DNA of 64,000 bases from Spirochaetia bacterium (GCA_965198005.1 CBDAOI010000003.1:960001-1024000); one strand, 5' to 3'; shown: positions 10,076 to 21,359, counted from the first letter of the stretch. Program-made: numbers and translations. Notes: generated by a model not told the origin, from the letters alone.

Positions 10076-11003
10076 GCCGGCCCGGGCTGCGGTAGACCCC
10101 GAGCGCGCGCCCGCTGCCGCCCTTGAGGCGCGGGTCGAGCAGGTCGCGGACGGCGTCGCCGAACATGTTCACGCCGTACACCACCACCGCCAGACAGATG
10201 CCGGGAAACAGCGCCAGCTCCGGCTTGCGTTCCATGTAGCGGCGGCCGTCGCCGCTGAGCATTCCGCCCCAGCTCGGCACCTGCAGCGGCAGGCCGAAGC
10301 CGAGGAAGCTGAGCGCGGCCTCGTCCAGGATGATGTAGCCGATGTTGATCGAGTAGATGATGATCACCGGCGCGACGATGTTGGGCAGCACGTGGCGCAG
10401 CACCGTGCGCAGCTTGCGGTTGCCGATCGCCGCGGCCGCGGCGATGTAGTCGTTCTCCTTGATGCCGATCACGGCGCTGCGCAGGATGCGCGAGTTGTGG
10501 ATGCCGTACAGGAGGCCCAGCACCACGATGATCTGCAGCGTGCCGCGGCCCACGATCGACATCACCGTGAGCAGCACCAGCAGCCCCGGAAACGCCATCC
10601 AGCCGTCGACGAAGCGCTGCACCACGATGTCGTAGCGGCCCCCGAGATAGCCGGACGGCACCCCGATCGCCGCCGCCACCACGATGGTGACCGTGGTCGC
10701 GGCCAGGCCCACCACCAGCGAGATGCGGGCACCGTGAACCAGGCGGGTCAGAATGTCGCGGCCCGCCCCGTCGGCGCCCAGCAGGTGCTTGGCGGACGGC
10801 GGCGCCAGCCGGTCCATCACGATCATCTCGTCCACCTCGTAGCGGGTCAGCACGTCGGCGAAGATCCCGCACACCAGCAGCAGCAGGATGATGATCGCCC
10901 CCACCAGGCCGAGCGGCTTCTCGCGCACCAGGCGGACGAAGAAGTCGGCCACGGGGCCGCGCGTGGTGGCGTCCGGTGCGCCGGCGGCAGGGAGGTCGGC
11001 CAC
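10047..11003 (-). CDS. peptide/nickel ABC transporter permease (DppC-like)
   Basis: HLLGADGAGRDILTRLVHGARISL, RHVLPNIVAP, LSFLGFG, NMFGDAVRDLLDPR. Confidence 0.9.
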   Translation of the reverse strand: MADLPAAGAPDATTRGPVADFFVRLVREKPLGLVGAIIILLLLVCGIFADVLTRYEVDEMIVMDRLAPPSAKHLLGADGAGRDILTRLVHGARISLVVGLAATTVTIVVAAAIGVPSGYLGGRYDIVVQRFVDGWMAFPGLLVLLTVMSIVGRGTLQIIVVLGLLYGIHNSRILRSAVIGIKENDYIAAAAAIGNRKLRTVLRHVLPNIVAPVIIIYSINIGYIILDEAALSFLGFGLPLQVPSWGGMLSGDGRRYMERKPELALFPGICLAVVVYGVNMFGDAVRDLLDPRLKGGSGRALGVYRSPGRHSPRQAADS

Positions 11004-11971
11004 TACCGGTACCGCACCCGTGGGTCGAGGAAGGCGTAGGAAAGATCCACCAGCAGGTTCGCCAGCACCACCGCGGTGGCGATCACCAGGTTGATGCCGG
11101 ACACCAGCGTGTAGTCGCGCCTCTGCAGGGCGTCCAGCGCCAGCCGGCCGAGACCGGGCAGCGCGAAGATCTGCTCGATGATCACCGCGCCGCCGACCAT
11201 CACCGGCAGGCTCGCCCCGACGATGGTCACCACCGGAATCAGCGCGTTCTGCAGCGCGTGTCCGATCACCACCGCGCGTTGCCGCAGCCCCTTGGACCAG
11301 GCGGTCCTGATGTAGTCCTGGCGCAGCACCTCCAGCATCATGGCGCGCGTCATGCGCATGGTGGTGCCGGCCATCGCCATCGCCAGGATGAACGCGGGGA
11401 TAATGAACATGCCGAGGTTGCCGAGCGGATCGTCCCGGAGGTGCACCAACTCCGGGTTGGGCGACCACCCCCACCAGATCGCCGGGTAGAGCACCACCAG
11501 CGTCGCCACCCAGAAACTCGGCACGGCGATGAACACGATCGCCACGCTGCGCGCCGCGAAGTCGCCGACCGTGTCCTGACGCACCGCCGAGTAGATGCCG
11601 ATCGGCAGCGAGATCAACAGCGAGATCACGAACCCCAGGAAGCCCAGCTCGAAGGTCACGCCGATGCGGCTGCCGATCATCTGCGTCACCGGCAGGTGCG
11701 AGCGCAGCGAGTCGCCGAGGCTGCCGCGCAGCACGATGCCGGTCAGCCAGCGCACGTACTGCACGTGCATCGGCACGTCCAGCCCCAGTGCCTTCTCCAG
11801 CACTGCGCGGTCGAACACTTCAGCACCGGCGGTGCCGCCGCCCACCACCTCGGCCGCCATGGCGTCGATCACGTCGACCGGCAGCAGGCGGACTACCGCG
11901 AACACGAGCAGCGACACCATGAACAGCGTGACGATGACCAGCAGCAGTCGGCGGATCAGGTAGGTGCGCAT
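11003..11971 (-). CDS. peptide/nickel ABC transporter permease (DppB-like)
   Basis: MRTYLIRRLL, RAMMLEVLRQDYIRTAWSKGL, IEQIFALPGLG, LDPRVRY. Confidence 0.95.
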   Translation of the reverse strand: MRTYLIRRLLLVIVTLFMVSLLVFAVVRLLPVDVIDAMAAEVVGGGTAGAEVFDRAVLEKALGLDVPMHVQYVRWLTGIVLRGSLGDSLRSHLPVTQMIGSRIGVTFELGFLGFVISLLISLPIGIYSAVRQDTVGDFAARSVAIVFIAVPSFWVATLVVLYPAIWWGWSPNPELVHLRDDPLGNLGMFIIPAFILAMAMAGTTMRMTRAMMLEVLRQDYIRTAWSKGLRQRAVVIGHALQNALIPVVTIVGASLPVMVGGAVIIEQIFALPGLGRLALDALQRRDYTLVSGINLVIATAVVLANLLVDLSYAFLDPRVRYR

Positions 11972-12112
11972 CGGTCAGCCGGCGTCGGGGGCGCGCGCCG
12001 GGCGTGCCGGTAGTCAGACGCGATTAGCGCCCCAAAACCGCCGCCTGTCCGGCGCCGCTTTTGGCCCATCCCGTCCGATCACTAGGAGCCTGTCGCAATC
12101 CGACAGACTCCT

Positions 12113-13503
12113 CTAGTGGCCCATCCGGGCGCGGAGGTCCTGATCGATCCACAGATACACCAGCACCTGCACTGTGCGCTCCATGCTGCCTCCCCACTCG
12201 CCGCGGTAGCCCTTGATCCACGGCTGGTAGAGCGCGTAGAACGGCCCGCGCGGCAGCACCAGGTTGTACACCTGACCGATGATGTACTGGTCCATCTCCA
12301 TGAACGTCCGCACCAGCGTCTCCTGGTCCGGCGCCGCCATGGCCGCGTCGATCATGCCGTTGAGCGTGTCGTCGGTGACCTGCGTGTTGACGTTCGGAGA
12401 TCCATACCAGTGGGCGGTTACCCAGTAGGGGTTGTCCAGGTTCGGCCGTCGCGGCGACCAGACCGAATTGATTTCCTTGGCCCTGCCCTCGCCCTTGGCG
12501 CTCCAGGCCAGCCCGCCGTCCTCGTAGGCGTTGAGTTCGACGTCGACCCCGATCTTGTCCCAGTAGCTGGTGATCACCTGGGCCAGGTCCAGATCGTTCG
12601 CCGAGCACGCGCACACGTCCCAGCCGACGCTGAATCTGACACCGTCGGCGCCGCGCGGGTACCCCGCCTCGTCGAGCAGCCGTTCGGCGGCGTCCGGGTC
12701 GAAGGTGTACAGCTCCTGCACTTCGGCCGACCACTCGTCGAACGGGTTGGACATGCCCAGGGCGAAGCGCGGGATGTGGCCCCACAGCGAGGTGTCCGCC
12801 TCGCCGCCGAAGAACGCGGCGTTGAGCTCGTCGAGGTCGATCGGCCGGGCGCGAACGCGCTCCTGCCGGTGCGCAGCGCCGCCACCCGGGCCGCGGCGTC
12901 CGGCATGATGAACAGCTTGACGCCGTCGAGATAGGGGAGCTGGTTCGCCAGATCGGGGAAGATCGGGTCGGTCTGCCAGTAGTCGGGGTTGCGCTCGTAG
13001 GTCAGGGTGGAGCCCTCGACGTAGTCGCTGATCATGAACGGCCCGGTGCCGACCACGTTGCGCCAGTCCTTCATGTCGCCGTGGGTGTCGATCACCTCGC
13101 GCGCCACCATCACCGCGACCCCCTGGGTGGAGGCCGGCCCGCCGAGGATCAGCCGGGTGGTATACGGGTTGTGGGCGGAGGTCTTGAACTCCACGGTGTA
13201 GTCGTCCAGGGCGGTCACCGACTCCACCGGCGCCATGGTGCCATGATAGTAGGGGCTGGGGCCGACCTCGGCGAACTCGCCGAGTCCGTGGTTGCGGCTC
13301 CAGGTGTAGACCACGTCGTGGGCGGTGAACTCGCGCCCGTTGACCGGCGGCTTGTCGTGCCACTTCACCCCCCGGCGGAGATGGAACACGTAGGTATCGG
13401 GGGCGGTCCGCTCCCAGCTCTCGGCCAGCTCGCCGCCGAAGAAGTTGATATCCTCGTAGACCGTGCCCATCGGGAACTGGTCGCGCGGCAGCGCCCAGTT
13501 CAC
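12113..13503 (-). pseudogene. family-5 ABC solute-binding protein, 5'-truncated with internal deletion/frameshift near 12850
   Basis: LAESWE, WHDKPPVNGREFTAHDV, VGTGPF, RNPDYW in one frame; LLDEAGYPRGADG..QPWIKGY..LWIDQ in another. Confidence 0.85.
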
Positions 13504-13539
13504 CGATGGCTACGTAGAGGAATTGCCCATGCCCACCGT

Positions 13540-13815
13540 TGCTGGCTGGGCGCGGACTTGGTGGCCGAGGTGATCAGCCCGGACAATCCCTATCGGGACC
13601 TGGTGGAGAAGCGCGCGGACTACGCCGAGGCGGGCATCCGGGAGTATTGGGTCGCCGACCTGCGTGACGAGACCATCCGGGTGCTCACGCTGCAGGGTGC
13701 CGCGTACGTCGAGCATGGCGTGTACGCGCGCGGCGGCACGGCGACGTCGCCGCGACTGGCAGGCTTCGCTGCGGAGGTGAGCGCGGTGTTCGACGCCCCG
13801 GCTGCCCGAGTGTGA
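13540..13815 (+). pseudogene. Uma2-family endonuclease, C-terminal half
   Basis: ADLVAEVISP..DLVEKRADYAEAGIREYWVAD. Confidence 0.8.
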
Positions 13816-13890
13816 GTGGCGGCGCTGGTCGCCTTCTCCGGCGAGCACGAGTCCGGCGGAGCAAAGGTGAGCGAGGCGTCGCTGAACGGC
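13816..13890 (+). pseudogene. short patch of a second hsdR homologue
   Basis: VAALVAFSGEHESGGAKVSEASLNG vs RAIAAFSGEHEHDGAKVTEASLNG in HsdR (~29843-29915). Confidence 0.75.
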
Positions 13891-13940
13891 CCGCCCTCGC
13901 TGTCCTCGGCCCTCGCGTTGACAGGGCCGGGCCGCCGTTG

Positions 13941-14825
13941 TCAGGGTTGATGCTGCAGCGCGTCATGGATCTGCCCCAGGACGGCCGGGTCCAGCACCAG
14001 GGAAACGTGACTGGCTCCTTCGGCGACGATGACGGTGCTGCCCTTGTCCTTGAGGAACTGCACTTCGGCATCGAGGAGACGCCCGACGACGGTGTCCGCC
14101 GTACCGTAGACGTAGATCGCCTGCCGTAGATCGGTGTGGGCGAGACGTTGCGTGTAGCGGTCGAAGAACGTGGCGCCGGCAATGCGCAGTTCGATGAATT
14201 CGCGGTCGGTGGCGGGTTGCCGGTCCGACAACTCCGCATCCGTTGCGTTCGGAAAGTCGTAGAACGTTCCCGCCAGGGCGCCGTCGACGAATTCCCGCGG
14301 CATGTTCAGGCGCCCGGCAATCATCACGTAGCGGTCAGCGGCCTCCGGTCCCCAACGCGACAGATACCGGGCGACGAGGAACGCTCCGTAGGAGTAGCCG
14401 ACCACGACGACCCGCTTGCCCTGAGATGCGAAGTGGTCGATCGTGCGCCGCAGGATCTCCACGCTGACGTCGACCTCGGCCTGGAGATCCGTCCGGGACA
14501 ACATCGCATGTCGAGGGGCCAGATCGCGATTGAGGGTGAGCGTCTGGTGTGCCTGCACGAGCTGGATCTGCTCGTTCCCGGGATAGAGCGCGAAGGGGAT
14601 GAGCACCTTATCGGTGATCTCGTGCGACGGGCCGCCCTGTTCGAAGATCCACACCGTATCGGCGCCGGGATTTGCGGCGACCTCGAACAGCTCGGTGACG
14701 TCAGCCGGCAGCCGCGTTGGCCGGTACTCCGGCGGCGCCCCCAAGTTACCGCAACCGACCGCGAGCACTCCGGCCAGGAGCAGCGCGACCGGGCGCAGGT
14801 ACCGGATCATCCGAAACGTTTGCAT
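13941..14825 (-). CDS. alpha/beta hydrolase, predicted lipoprotein
   Basis: Lipobox LAVGC, QGGP oxyanion motif, GYSYG nucleophile elbow, YGTADTVV, ASH; GGGAGG RBS. Confidence 0.75.
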   Translation of the reverse strand: MQTFRMIRYLRPVALLLAGVLAVGCGNLGAPPEYRPTRLPADVTELFEVAANPGADTVWIFEQGGPSHEITDKVLIPFALYPGNEQIQLVQAHQTLTLNRDLAPRHAMLSRTDLQAEVDVSVEILRRTIDHFASQGKRVVVVGYSYGAFLVARYLSRWGPEAADRYVMIAGRLNMPREFVDGALAGTFYDFPNATDAELSDRQPATDREFIELRIAGATFFDRYTQRLAHTDLRQAIYVYGTADTVVGRLLDAEVQFLKDKGSTVIVAEGASHVSLVLDPAVLGQIHDALQHQP

Positions 14826-14986
14826 CGCAACCTCCCGCCGCGCGTGTTCCTCTCGCCGGGCTTCCGTCACCCGGCCTCGGGCACCGCTGACTCGGTGCCA
14901 CGACACACTATCACGAGCAGGCACGGGCGCGAATCGTCACGCATCGTCAATGGAACGATTCAAATGATCATGATATATTAAATCAC

Positions 14987-16165
14987 ATGTTCAACAGATC
15001 CCTGGTGCTGCCGGCTTCTGGGAATGAGACCTTCTTTCTGTGGGGGCCGCGCCAAGCGGGCAAGAGCACCCTGCTCAGGCACTGCTACCCCAATGCGCTC
15101 TGGGTCGATCTACTGAAGAGCGAGGTGTTCCGGCGCTATCTCGATCATCCCGAGTACCTGCGCCAGGAATTGGCATCGGCGGCGACGCTTGCCGGGCGGC
15201 AGATCGTCATCGACGAGGTTCAGAAGGTGCCCGCGCTGCTCGACGAGGTGCACTGGTTGATCGAGAATCGCGGGCTCTATTTCGCACTGTGCGGGTCCAG
15301 CGCCCGCAAGGTGCGCCGCGGCGCCGCCAACCTGCTCGGGGGGCGGGCCGTGCGCTACGAGCTGCGCGGTCTCACCGCCGGCGAGCTTGGTGATGCCTTC
15401 GACCTGGATCGGATGCTGAACCACGGTTACCTGCCGCGCATCTACCAGGCGGCCCGTCCGCGGCGGCGGCTCGACGCCTACGTCGCCGACTACCTGCGCG
15501 AAGAGGTCGCCGCCGAAGGTCTGGTCCGCAATCTGCCGGCATTCTCCGGCTTCCTGGACGCCGCCGCGCTCAGCGACGGAGAGATGGTCAACTTCTCCAA
15601 CGTCGCGCGTGAGTGCGGCGTATCGAGCCCAACGGCCAAGGCCTACTTCGAGATCCTGCACGACACGTTGCTCGGACGCTGGCTGCACGGGTACCGCCGG
15701 CGGCGTAAGCGCCGCCTGATCGGTGCTCCGAAGTTCTACTTCGCCGACGTGGGGGTGGTGAACCGCCTGACCCGCCGCGGCGAGCTGTCGCCGGGGTCGC
15801 AACTCTACGGTAAGGCGTTCGAGAACTGGGTCTATCATGAGCTGTCCGCCTGCAACGAGTACCGGGAGTGGGACCTCGAGTTGACCTACTGGCGGCTGCC
15901 GAGCGGCATCGAAGTGGACTTCGTGCTCGGCGACGTGGAGGTCGCGGTGGAGGCGAAGGCGAGCGCCCGCATCACGCGCGATCATCTGCGCGGTCTGCGC
16001 ACCCTGGTCGAGGAGCATCCCGACGTTCGCCGGCGCATTGTCGTCTGCCTGGAACCGCGCGCCCGCCGCACCGACGACGGTATCGACATCCTTCCCGCGG
16101 CGGAGTTCGTGCGCCGCCTCAGACAGGGTGAGCTGGCTGGTCAGGGCTGGGTTGCTGGCGCGTGA
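14987..16165 (+). CDS. ATP-binding protein (AAA_14 + DUF4143)
   Basis: GPRQAGKST, IDEVQK, CGSSA, GYLP, PKFYFADVG, FENWV, YWR..EVDFV..AVEAK. Confidence 0.9.
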   Translation: MFNRSLVLPASGNETFFLWGPRQAGKSTLLRHCYPNALWVDLLKSEVFRRYLDHPEYLRQELASAATLAGRQIVIDEVQKVPALLDEVHWLIENRGLYFALCGSSARKVRRGAANLLGGRAVRYELRGLTAGELGDAFDLDRMLNHGYLPRIYQAARPRRRLDAYVADYLREEVAAEGLVRNLPAFSGFLDAAALSDGEMVNFSNVARECGVSSPTAKAYFEILHDTLLGRWLHGYRRRRKRRLIGAPKFYFADVGVVNRLTRRGELSPGSQLYGKAFENWVYHELSACNEYREWDLELTYWRLPSGIEVDFVLGDVEVAVEAKASARITRDHLRGLRTLVEEHPDVRRRIVVCLEPRARRTDDGIDILPAAEFVRRLRQGELAGQGWVAGA

Positions 16166-16386
16166 GCGCGCTCGAGTTGGGCTCGCGCCATGATCAGGCG
16201 GGGTTGCGGTGGTCGAGAACATCCGCACGATTCTGCCGACCGCGACGCTGTTCGCGGCGAGACCGAGGAGCAGTTCGAGCGCACCCGCCGGGCGATGGAA
16301 GAGTTCGCCTTCGACATGGCCTACGTCGTCATGTGCAAGACGAGCTGCCTGGGATATAGTCTCGGTCAGGCACACAGGAGCAAACC

Positions 16387-17067
16387 ATGATCACGATCAA
16401 GTGGCTGGCCCATGCGTCGTTTCTCATCCGGGGCGATGGGCTGCGCATCATCACCGATCCCTACAACCCCGACGTACTCGATCTGCCCCCCGTCACCGAG
16501 CCGGCCGACGTCGTGATTCGCAGCTCTGACGATGACGACGGTCACTGCTTCGTCGACACCATTCCGCCGGGGTTCGATCTGATTACCGCCACCGAGATCG
16601 TGGACACAGGAGCGAGCGTCAGGGGCCTCGCGGTCAGCGCGGTCTGGGCGCAGGAGAGCCTGGTCCACAAGGACGCGCCGAGCGACAACGCAATGTACCG
16701 ATTCGAGCTGGGCGGAATACAGGTCAGCCACATGGGAGACGTGGGAAACCCCCTGACTGACCGGCAGATGGCCGCGCTCGCCGGCACCGACGTGTTGCTC
16801 GCGCTCGCCGGCGGGCCGCCGACGATCGAGCTCGACGATCTGTGCGCCGTCATCGAGTCGGTCAAGCCCCGGGTAGTGATTCCGATGCATTACCGCATCC
16901 CCGGCGTGGGCTTCTTCATGCTCCCGGTAACCGAGCTCGCCAGCCGTTTCGCCGCCGGGTCCGTTACTCACGTTGGAAGCGCCGAGATCGAACTCAGCCG
17001 CGATTCATTGCCCGACGACACTCGTCTCTACGTGATGCAGCCGTCGCTCGCCGGGGCGCCGGCCTGA
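16387..17067 (+). CDS. MBL-fold metallo-hydrolase (first metal motif degenerate)
   Basis: IKWLAHASFLI, IITDPY, HMGDVG, VIPMHY; SSDDDDGH in place of SHxHxDH; AGGAG RBS. Confidence 0.82.
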   Translation: MITIKWLAHASFLIRGDGLRIITDPYNPDVLDLPPVTEPADVVIRSSDDDDGHCFVDTIPPGFDLITATEIVDTGASVRGLAVSAVWAQESLVHKDAPSDNAMYRFELGGIQVSHMGDVGNPLTDRQMAALAGTDVLLALAGGPPTIELDDLCAVIESVKPRVVIPMHYRIPGVGFFMLPVTELASRFAAGSVTHVGSAEIELSRDSLPDDTRLYVMQPSLAGAPA

Positions 17068-17438
17068 GCCAGGTTTCGCAAGCAGGACTGCACGACGGCT
17101 ATGGCGCACGAGATTCGGCTGCAGGACGGCACCATCGTCAAGTGGCTGAAGAACGAAGGCGATCCCATCCGGGAGGGCGAGGCCCTGCCGGCAGTGCCGT
17201 GGCGGACCCTGGCGTGACCGGGCGGGCTTGGGGCCGCCGGAAACAAAGTGAAGAAAGTGCAATCGAGCGCTTGATCGCTTTGGCGGGGATGTGCGAAGGT
17301 ATCGGGGTTGGGGACTCGAACGGATACGAATGATGCTTGACTACGCAATGCAGCCCTGCCACCGGCCCACGCTACTGGCGCCCGAGCACCGCCGCCCGGG
17401 GTGCCGCTTTGGCCCATCCCGTTCGTTTACCCCCTGTA

Positions 17439-17471
<33 letters not shown>

Positions 17472-17689
17472 TTACGCACCGAGAAACAACTAACCGCTCG
17501 GGCTGATCGCCCCGTACGCGACCCCGCGCACACCGTCGCCTTCACCACCGCCGTAGCTATCGGTGGCGCCCGCTCGGTCCATCGCCGAACCGGCATGCTG
17601 GCCGCCCACGTCCTTCCAGGCGACCGCAACCGTCCCGGATCCCCGCCCGCGACTAACTGCCCGCAAAACCCACCGCCTGCGTTGGCGGC

Positions 17690-19004
17690 GGGAGTTCATG
17701 GGCACCCCGTAGTAGCGCAGGTGCCCACCCACAACCGAGCGCAGCCAGCTTCCCACCTCCGGGACCGGATCGTGCAGGCGCCGCCGAAGCTCGGTCTTCA
17801 CCTGCCCCAGCTTGGCCTGCAACCGCTCCCGCATCGTCTGCCTGAGCACCGTAAACCGTCCGTCACTCCACTTCGTCCCGCAGATGTGCGTGAACCCCAG
17901 GAAGTCGAAGGTCTCCGGCTTGCCCTGACCTCGACGCCTGCGGTTCTCAGCCGCGAACGGCCCGAACTCGATCAGGCGCGTCTTGTCAGGGTGCAGCTCC
18001 AAGGCGAACTTGCTGAGCCTCTCGGTCAGCTCCGCCCGGAACCGCTCGGCATCCGAGCGGTGTCGGAATCCGACGACGATGTCATCCGCGTAGCGCACGA
18101 CGATCACATCGCCACGCGCCTGCGTCTGCCGCCAGCGCCGGACCCACAGGTCGAACACGTAGTGCAGGTAGATGTTGGCAAGGAGCGGCGAAGCGCTGCC
18201 TCCCTGCGGCGTCCCCTGCTCGCTGCGTGTCCGCGTTCCACCGTGGTCGATGGCATCGAAGAACCCACGGATGTCCATGTCGAGCACCCATTTCACCTTC
18301 CGTGTCAGCAGGCCCACCTAGAGCGCGTCCAACGCATTGTGCTGGCTGCGCCCCGGTCGGAACCCGTAACTGAACCCGAGAAAATCGGTCTCGTAGATGG
18401 TGTTCAGCACCTCGACTGTCGCACGCTGGACGATCTTGTCTTCCAGCGCCGTCACGCCGAGCGGCCGTTGCCGCCCGTCGGTCTTGGGGACGAACACCCT
18501 CCGCACCGGCTTCGCCCGGTACGCTCCTCGCTGCAGCCGTCCACAGAGGTCCAGGAGGTTGCCCTCCAGGTCCCCTCCGTACTGCCGCCACGTCACCCGG
18601 TCCACCCCCGGCGCGGCTTCCCGCTTGAGGCTGAAGTACGCCTCCCGGAGGATCGCGGGGTTGTCGACGTGGTGCATGAGCGCGGTGAACCGCAGCGTCC
18701 TATCCCGTCGCGCTGCTTGACGTATCCGCTCCAGCGCACTGTGCACGCCATATTGCCGGCGCGGTGTCCGGGGCGCGTTTTGCTGGTGCGGATTCCCTTT
18801 GGCCAGGCCCCTTCCCTCCACCCGCTCCGCGGCCCGGTCGCTGCCGGCCGGCGTGGCCGTAGGTGCTCCCTTGGCTGTGTCCGGCGTTTCCGCCTGTGTG
18901 CCCGTGTAGGGTTCACCATAGCCGCGCCGCCTGCAGCAGCTCCCGTCCTTGTTCGCGGGTTTCCCAGGTACTATGGGCCTGTCCGACTTCCCAGCTCCGT
19001 TCAT
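17690..19004 (-). pseudogene. ltrA: group II intron RT/maturase pseudogene
   Basis: MNGAGKSDRPIVP..FSYGFRPGR..LDAL* in-frame TAG at 18318-18320. About 30 aa missing between AIDHG and GTPQGG relative to the first RT. RYADD present; truncated after YYGVPMN. Confidence 0.9.
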
Positions 19005-19367
19005 CGTCGGCGTACGTCCTTGGACTTCCCGACACGGCCTGCGGCGCCATCCGCCGCAGGCGAAGCTGGGATCTCCCGGCTCCCGCGCAAGGTGTTTCCG
19101 TACGTGCCCGGGGTCTATGACCGCGCAGGGTCCCGTGGCGCCTCGCGATATCGGCGCCCCGGGTGTGGCCTTCCGCATCCTCCTACGGCGTCGGCACCCC
19201 AAAGTAATCCCTTTCGCGGCTCGATACCCGGCCCGCACGTACCCCTGTCAACGCTTCACCCCCGCCCTCGCGGGCGGCGGCGCATGACTCGGGGCCGCCG
19301 TGGGTCGCTAGCCCTTCGACGTATGACTCTTCCATTCACAACACCTTGCCGGTTTGTGCCGGCGCAC
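17690..19367 (-). mobile_element. group II intron, degenerate and 3'-truncated
   Basis: 5' end GTGCGCCGGCACAAACCGGC at 19367; RT remnant inside; no domain V/VI seen after the RT breaks off. Confidence 0.85.
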
Positions 19368-19574
19368 AGGAGGTTCGAATGATACTCAAAGAACCGCACG
19401 CGCGCGCGGCGTGAGCCGGGGTGAACCCGTTGAGTCACACGCCGCGCGCGTCAGCCATTTGACTCGGACTGGCCGTCCGCGTTGGCGGGCGCGCCCGCGT
19501 TGCGGGCGTCAGAGTAGCCAGGGAGCGGCAATCCGCTACGCAATACTCTCGAAATAACATTCAAGGAAGAAACG

Positions 19575-21359
19575 ATGATGAAAATCTTATTTAGAATGAC
19601 CTTCGCGATTGCGTTGGTCCTGGTGCTGACCGCCACCGGCCTCTGGGCGGGTGGCGCCACAGACACGGAGTCGGCAACGGCGGCCGATAAGGAAATGGTG
19701 CGCGACCCGGCCACCGGCAAGATGGTGACCGCGCCCGAGTACGGCGGGACAATAACCAAGGCCGTACCAAGTCCTCAGGATTTCCCTGCTGACCCCTATG
19801 TCGGGTACTCGTCCCTAACCATCTCGGGCGTCGTAGAGAAGCTTGGTATCGGCAACTGGGGAGTAGATAGAGACGTACATGACTTTAAATCGTTCCTCCC
19901 TGTGTCTTTCGTGACAGGGAGGCTGGCTGAAAAGTGGGATATTTCCCCGGACGGGCTCACCTATACCTTCCACATCCGCAAGGGCGCTCACTGGCATAAT
20001 AAGGCGCCCATGCACGGTCGGGAGCTGACCGCCGATGATGTCGAATACAGCTTTCACCGTATGTTGGGTCTGGGCAAGTTCTCCGAAGCTGGACCTAGCG
20101 CCTTTGGCCCCGCCGCCGCACTCATCGCCATACCATGGGAATCGGTAACGGCCACCGACAAATCGACGGTTGTTATTAAGCTGACGAAGCTATACCTCCC
20201 TGCGCTGGGGCTTATCCTCCTCGACGACTTTGCTTACATAATGCCCCCCGAGGTAATCGAGCAACATGGCGTCGATATGGACTGGAGGAACCTGGTCGGC
20301 ACCGGGCCCTTTATGCTGACTGAGTGGGTGTTGGGCAGCTCTAGGACCTATACCAAGAATCCTGACTACTGGGGCTTCGACCCAAAATACCCGCAGAACC
20401 GCTTGCCATACGTCGACGAGCACAGGGTCCTGATTATTCCAGAGGAAGCAACAACCATGGCAGCACTACGCTCAGGCAAGATTGATCTCAAAGAGTGGGT
20501 TACTGATATGAACTCGGTAATGAGCCTGCAGCGGACCAACCCCGAAATCGCGGTGCACACGCTTTGGTCTCGGTCGAGTGATTCTTTTGCTCCTAACCAT
20601 CGCGTGCCGCCCTTTAACGACATCAACGTGGTCCGCGCAATGCAGATGGCGCTGGACAACGAGACCATTGCGGCCACGCTCTGGAAGGGTCAGGCAGATG
20701 CGACACCTATGGGACGGATGGCGAATAAAGGGTATTACATCCCATTTGAAGAGTGGCCCGAAGAGGTGAAGCAATACTACAGGTATGACCCGGAAGCTGC
20801 CGAGAAGCTCCTTGATGCGGCTGGATATCCGCGCGGCGCCGACGGCACTAGATTCAAGACCTCATTGACTTACGGGGCTTGGGCAACCTTAGAATATGCA
20901 GAAATAGCTGCCTCCTACTGGGCTGAGATTGGCGTCGATGTTGAGATTGATGCAATGGACAACCCCGAATATCACGAGAGGCTATTCTCGCGTAATTATG
21001 AAGGCATGATCAGTGCCATTGCGGGCGCCGCTTATGACCCTGCCATGTTTGTAGGCCGGTATCACTCGAACGCACAGTGGAACCGCGGCGGACACCAGTG
21101 GCCTGAGTTGGACGCCATCATTGAAGCCGCCCTAGCCGCTCCTACCATTGAGGAGCAGCAGAGGCTGATTGCAGAGGCAGATATGTACGCGATAGAGAAC
21201 CACTTCCAGATATGGGGTCCAAAGAGTCCAGTGTTTCAGTTGGCCCAGCCCTGGCTCATAGGCTATAACGGAGAAAATCGCTTGGGCGGCTTTGAAGCGC
21301 ATACCCTCTTTACCTACCTCTGGATTGATAGTGAGCTGAAGGAAGCAATGGGTCATTAG
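19575..21359 (+). CDS. family-5 ABC transporter solute-binding protein
   Basis: Signal peptide ending GLWAGG, PEYGGT, LAEKWD, GTGPF, NPDYW, VRAMQMALD, LWIDSELK. Confidence 0.95.
   Translation: MMKILFRMTFAIALVLVLTATGLWAGGATDTESATAADKEMVRDPATGKMVTAPEYGGTITKAVPSPQDFPADPYVGYSSLTISGVVEKLGIGNWGVDRDVHDFKSFLPVSFVTGRLAEKWDISPDGLTYTFHIRKGAHWHNKAPMHGRELTADDVEYSFHRMLGLGKFSEAGPSAFGPAAALIAIPWESVTATDKSTVVIKLTKLYLPALGLILLDDFAYIMPPEVIEQHGVDMDWRNLVGTGPFMLTEWVLGSSRTYTKNPDYWGFDPKYPQNRLPYVDEHRVLIIPEEATTMAALRSGKIDLKEWVTDMNSVMSLQRTNPEIAVHTLWSRSSDSFAPNHRVPPFNDINVVRAMQMALDNETIAATLWKGQADATPMGRMANKGYYIPFEEWPEEVKQYYRYDPEAAEKLLDAAGYPRGADGTRFKTSLTYGAWATLEYAEIAASYWAEIGVDVEIDAMDNPEYHERLFSRNYEGMISAIAGAAYDPAMFVGRYHSNAQWNRGGHQWPELDAIIEAALAAPTIEEQQRLIAEADMYAIENHFQIWGPKSPVFQLAQPWLIGYNGENRLGGFEAHTLFTYLWIDSELKEAMGH

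Noticed and set aside
7592-10126. Complete DISARM system
   Set aside because: The helicase is truncated and no drmB/C/D/M genes are seen. A coupled ORF remnant ending at 7595 suggests its original upstream partner was a different gene, so linkage to the ImmA-like module is uncertain.
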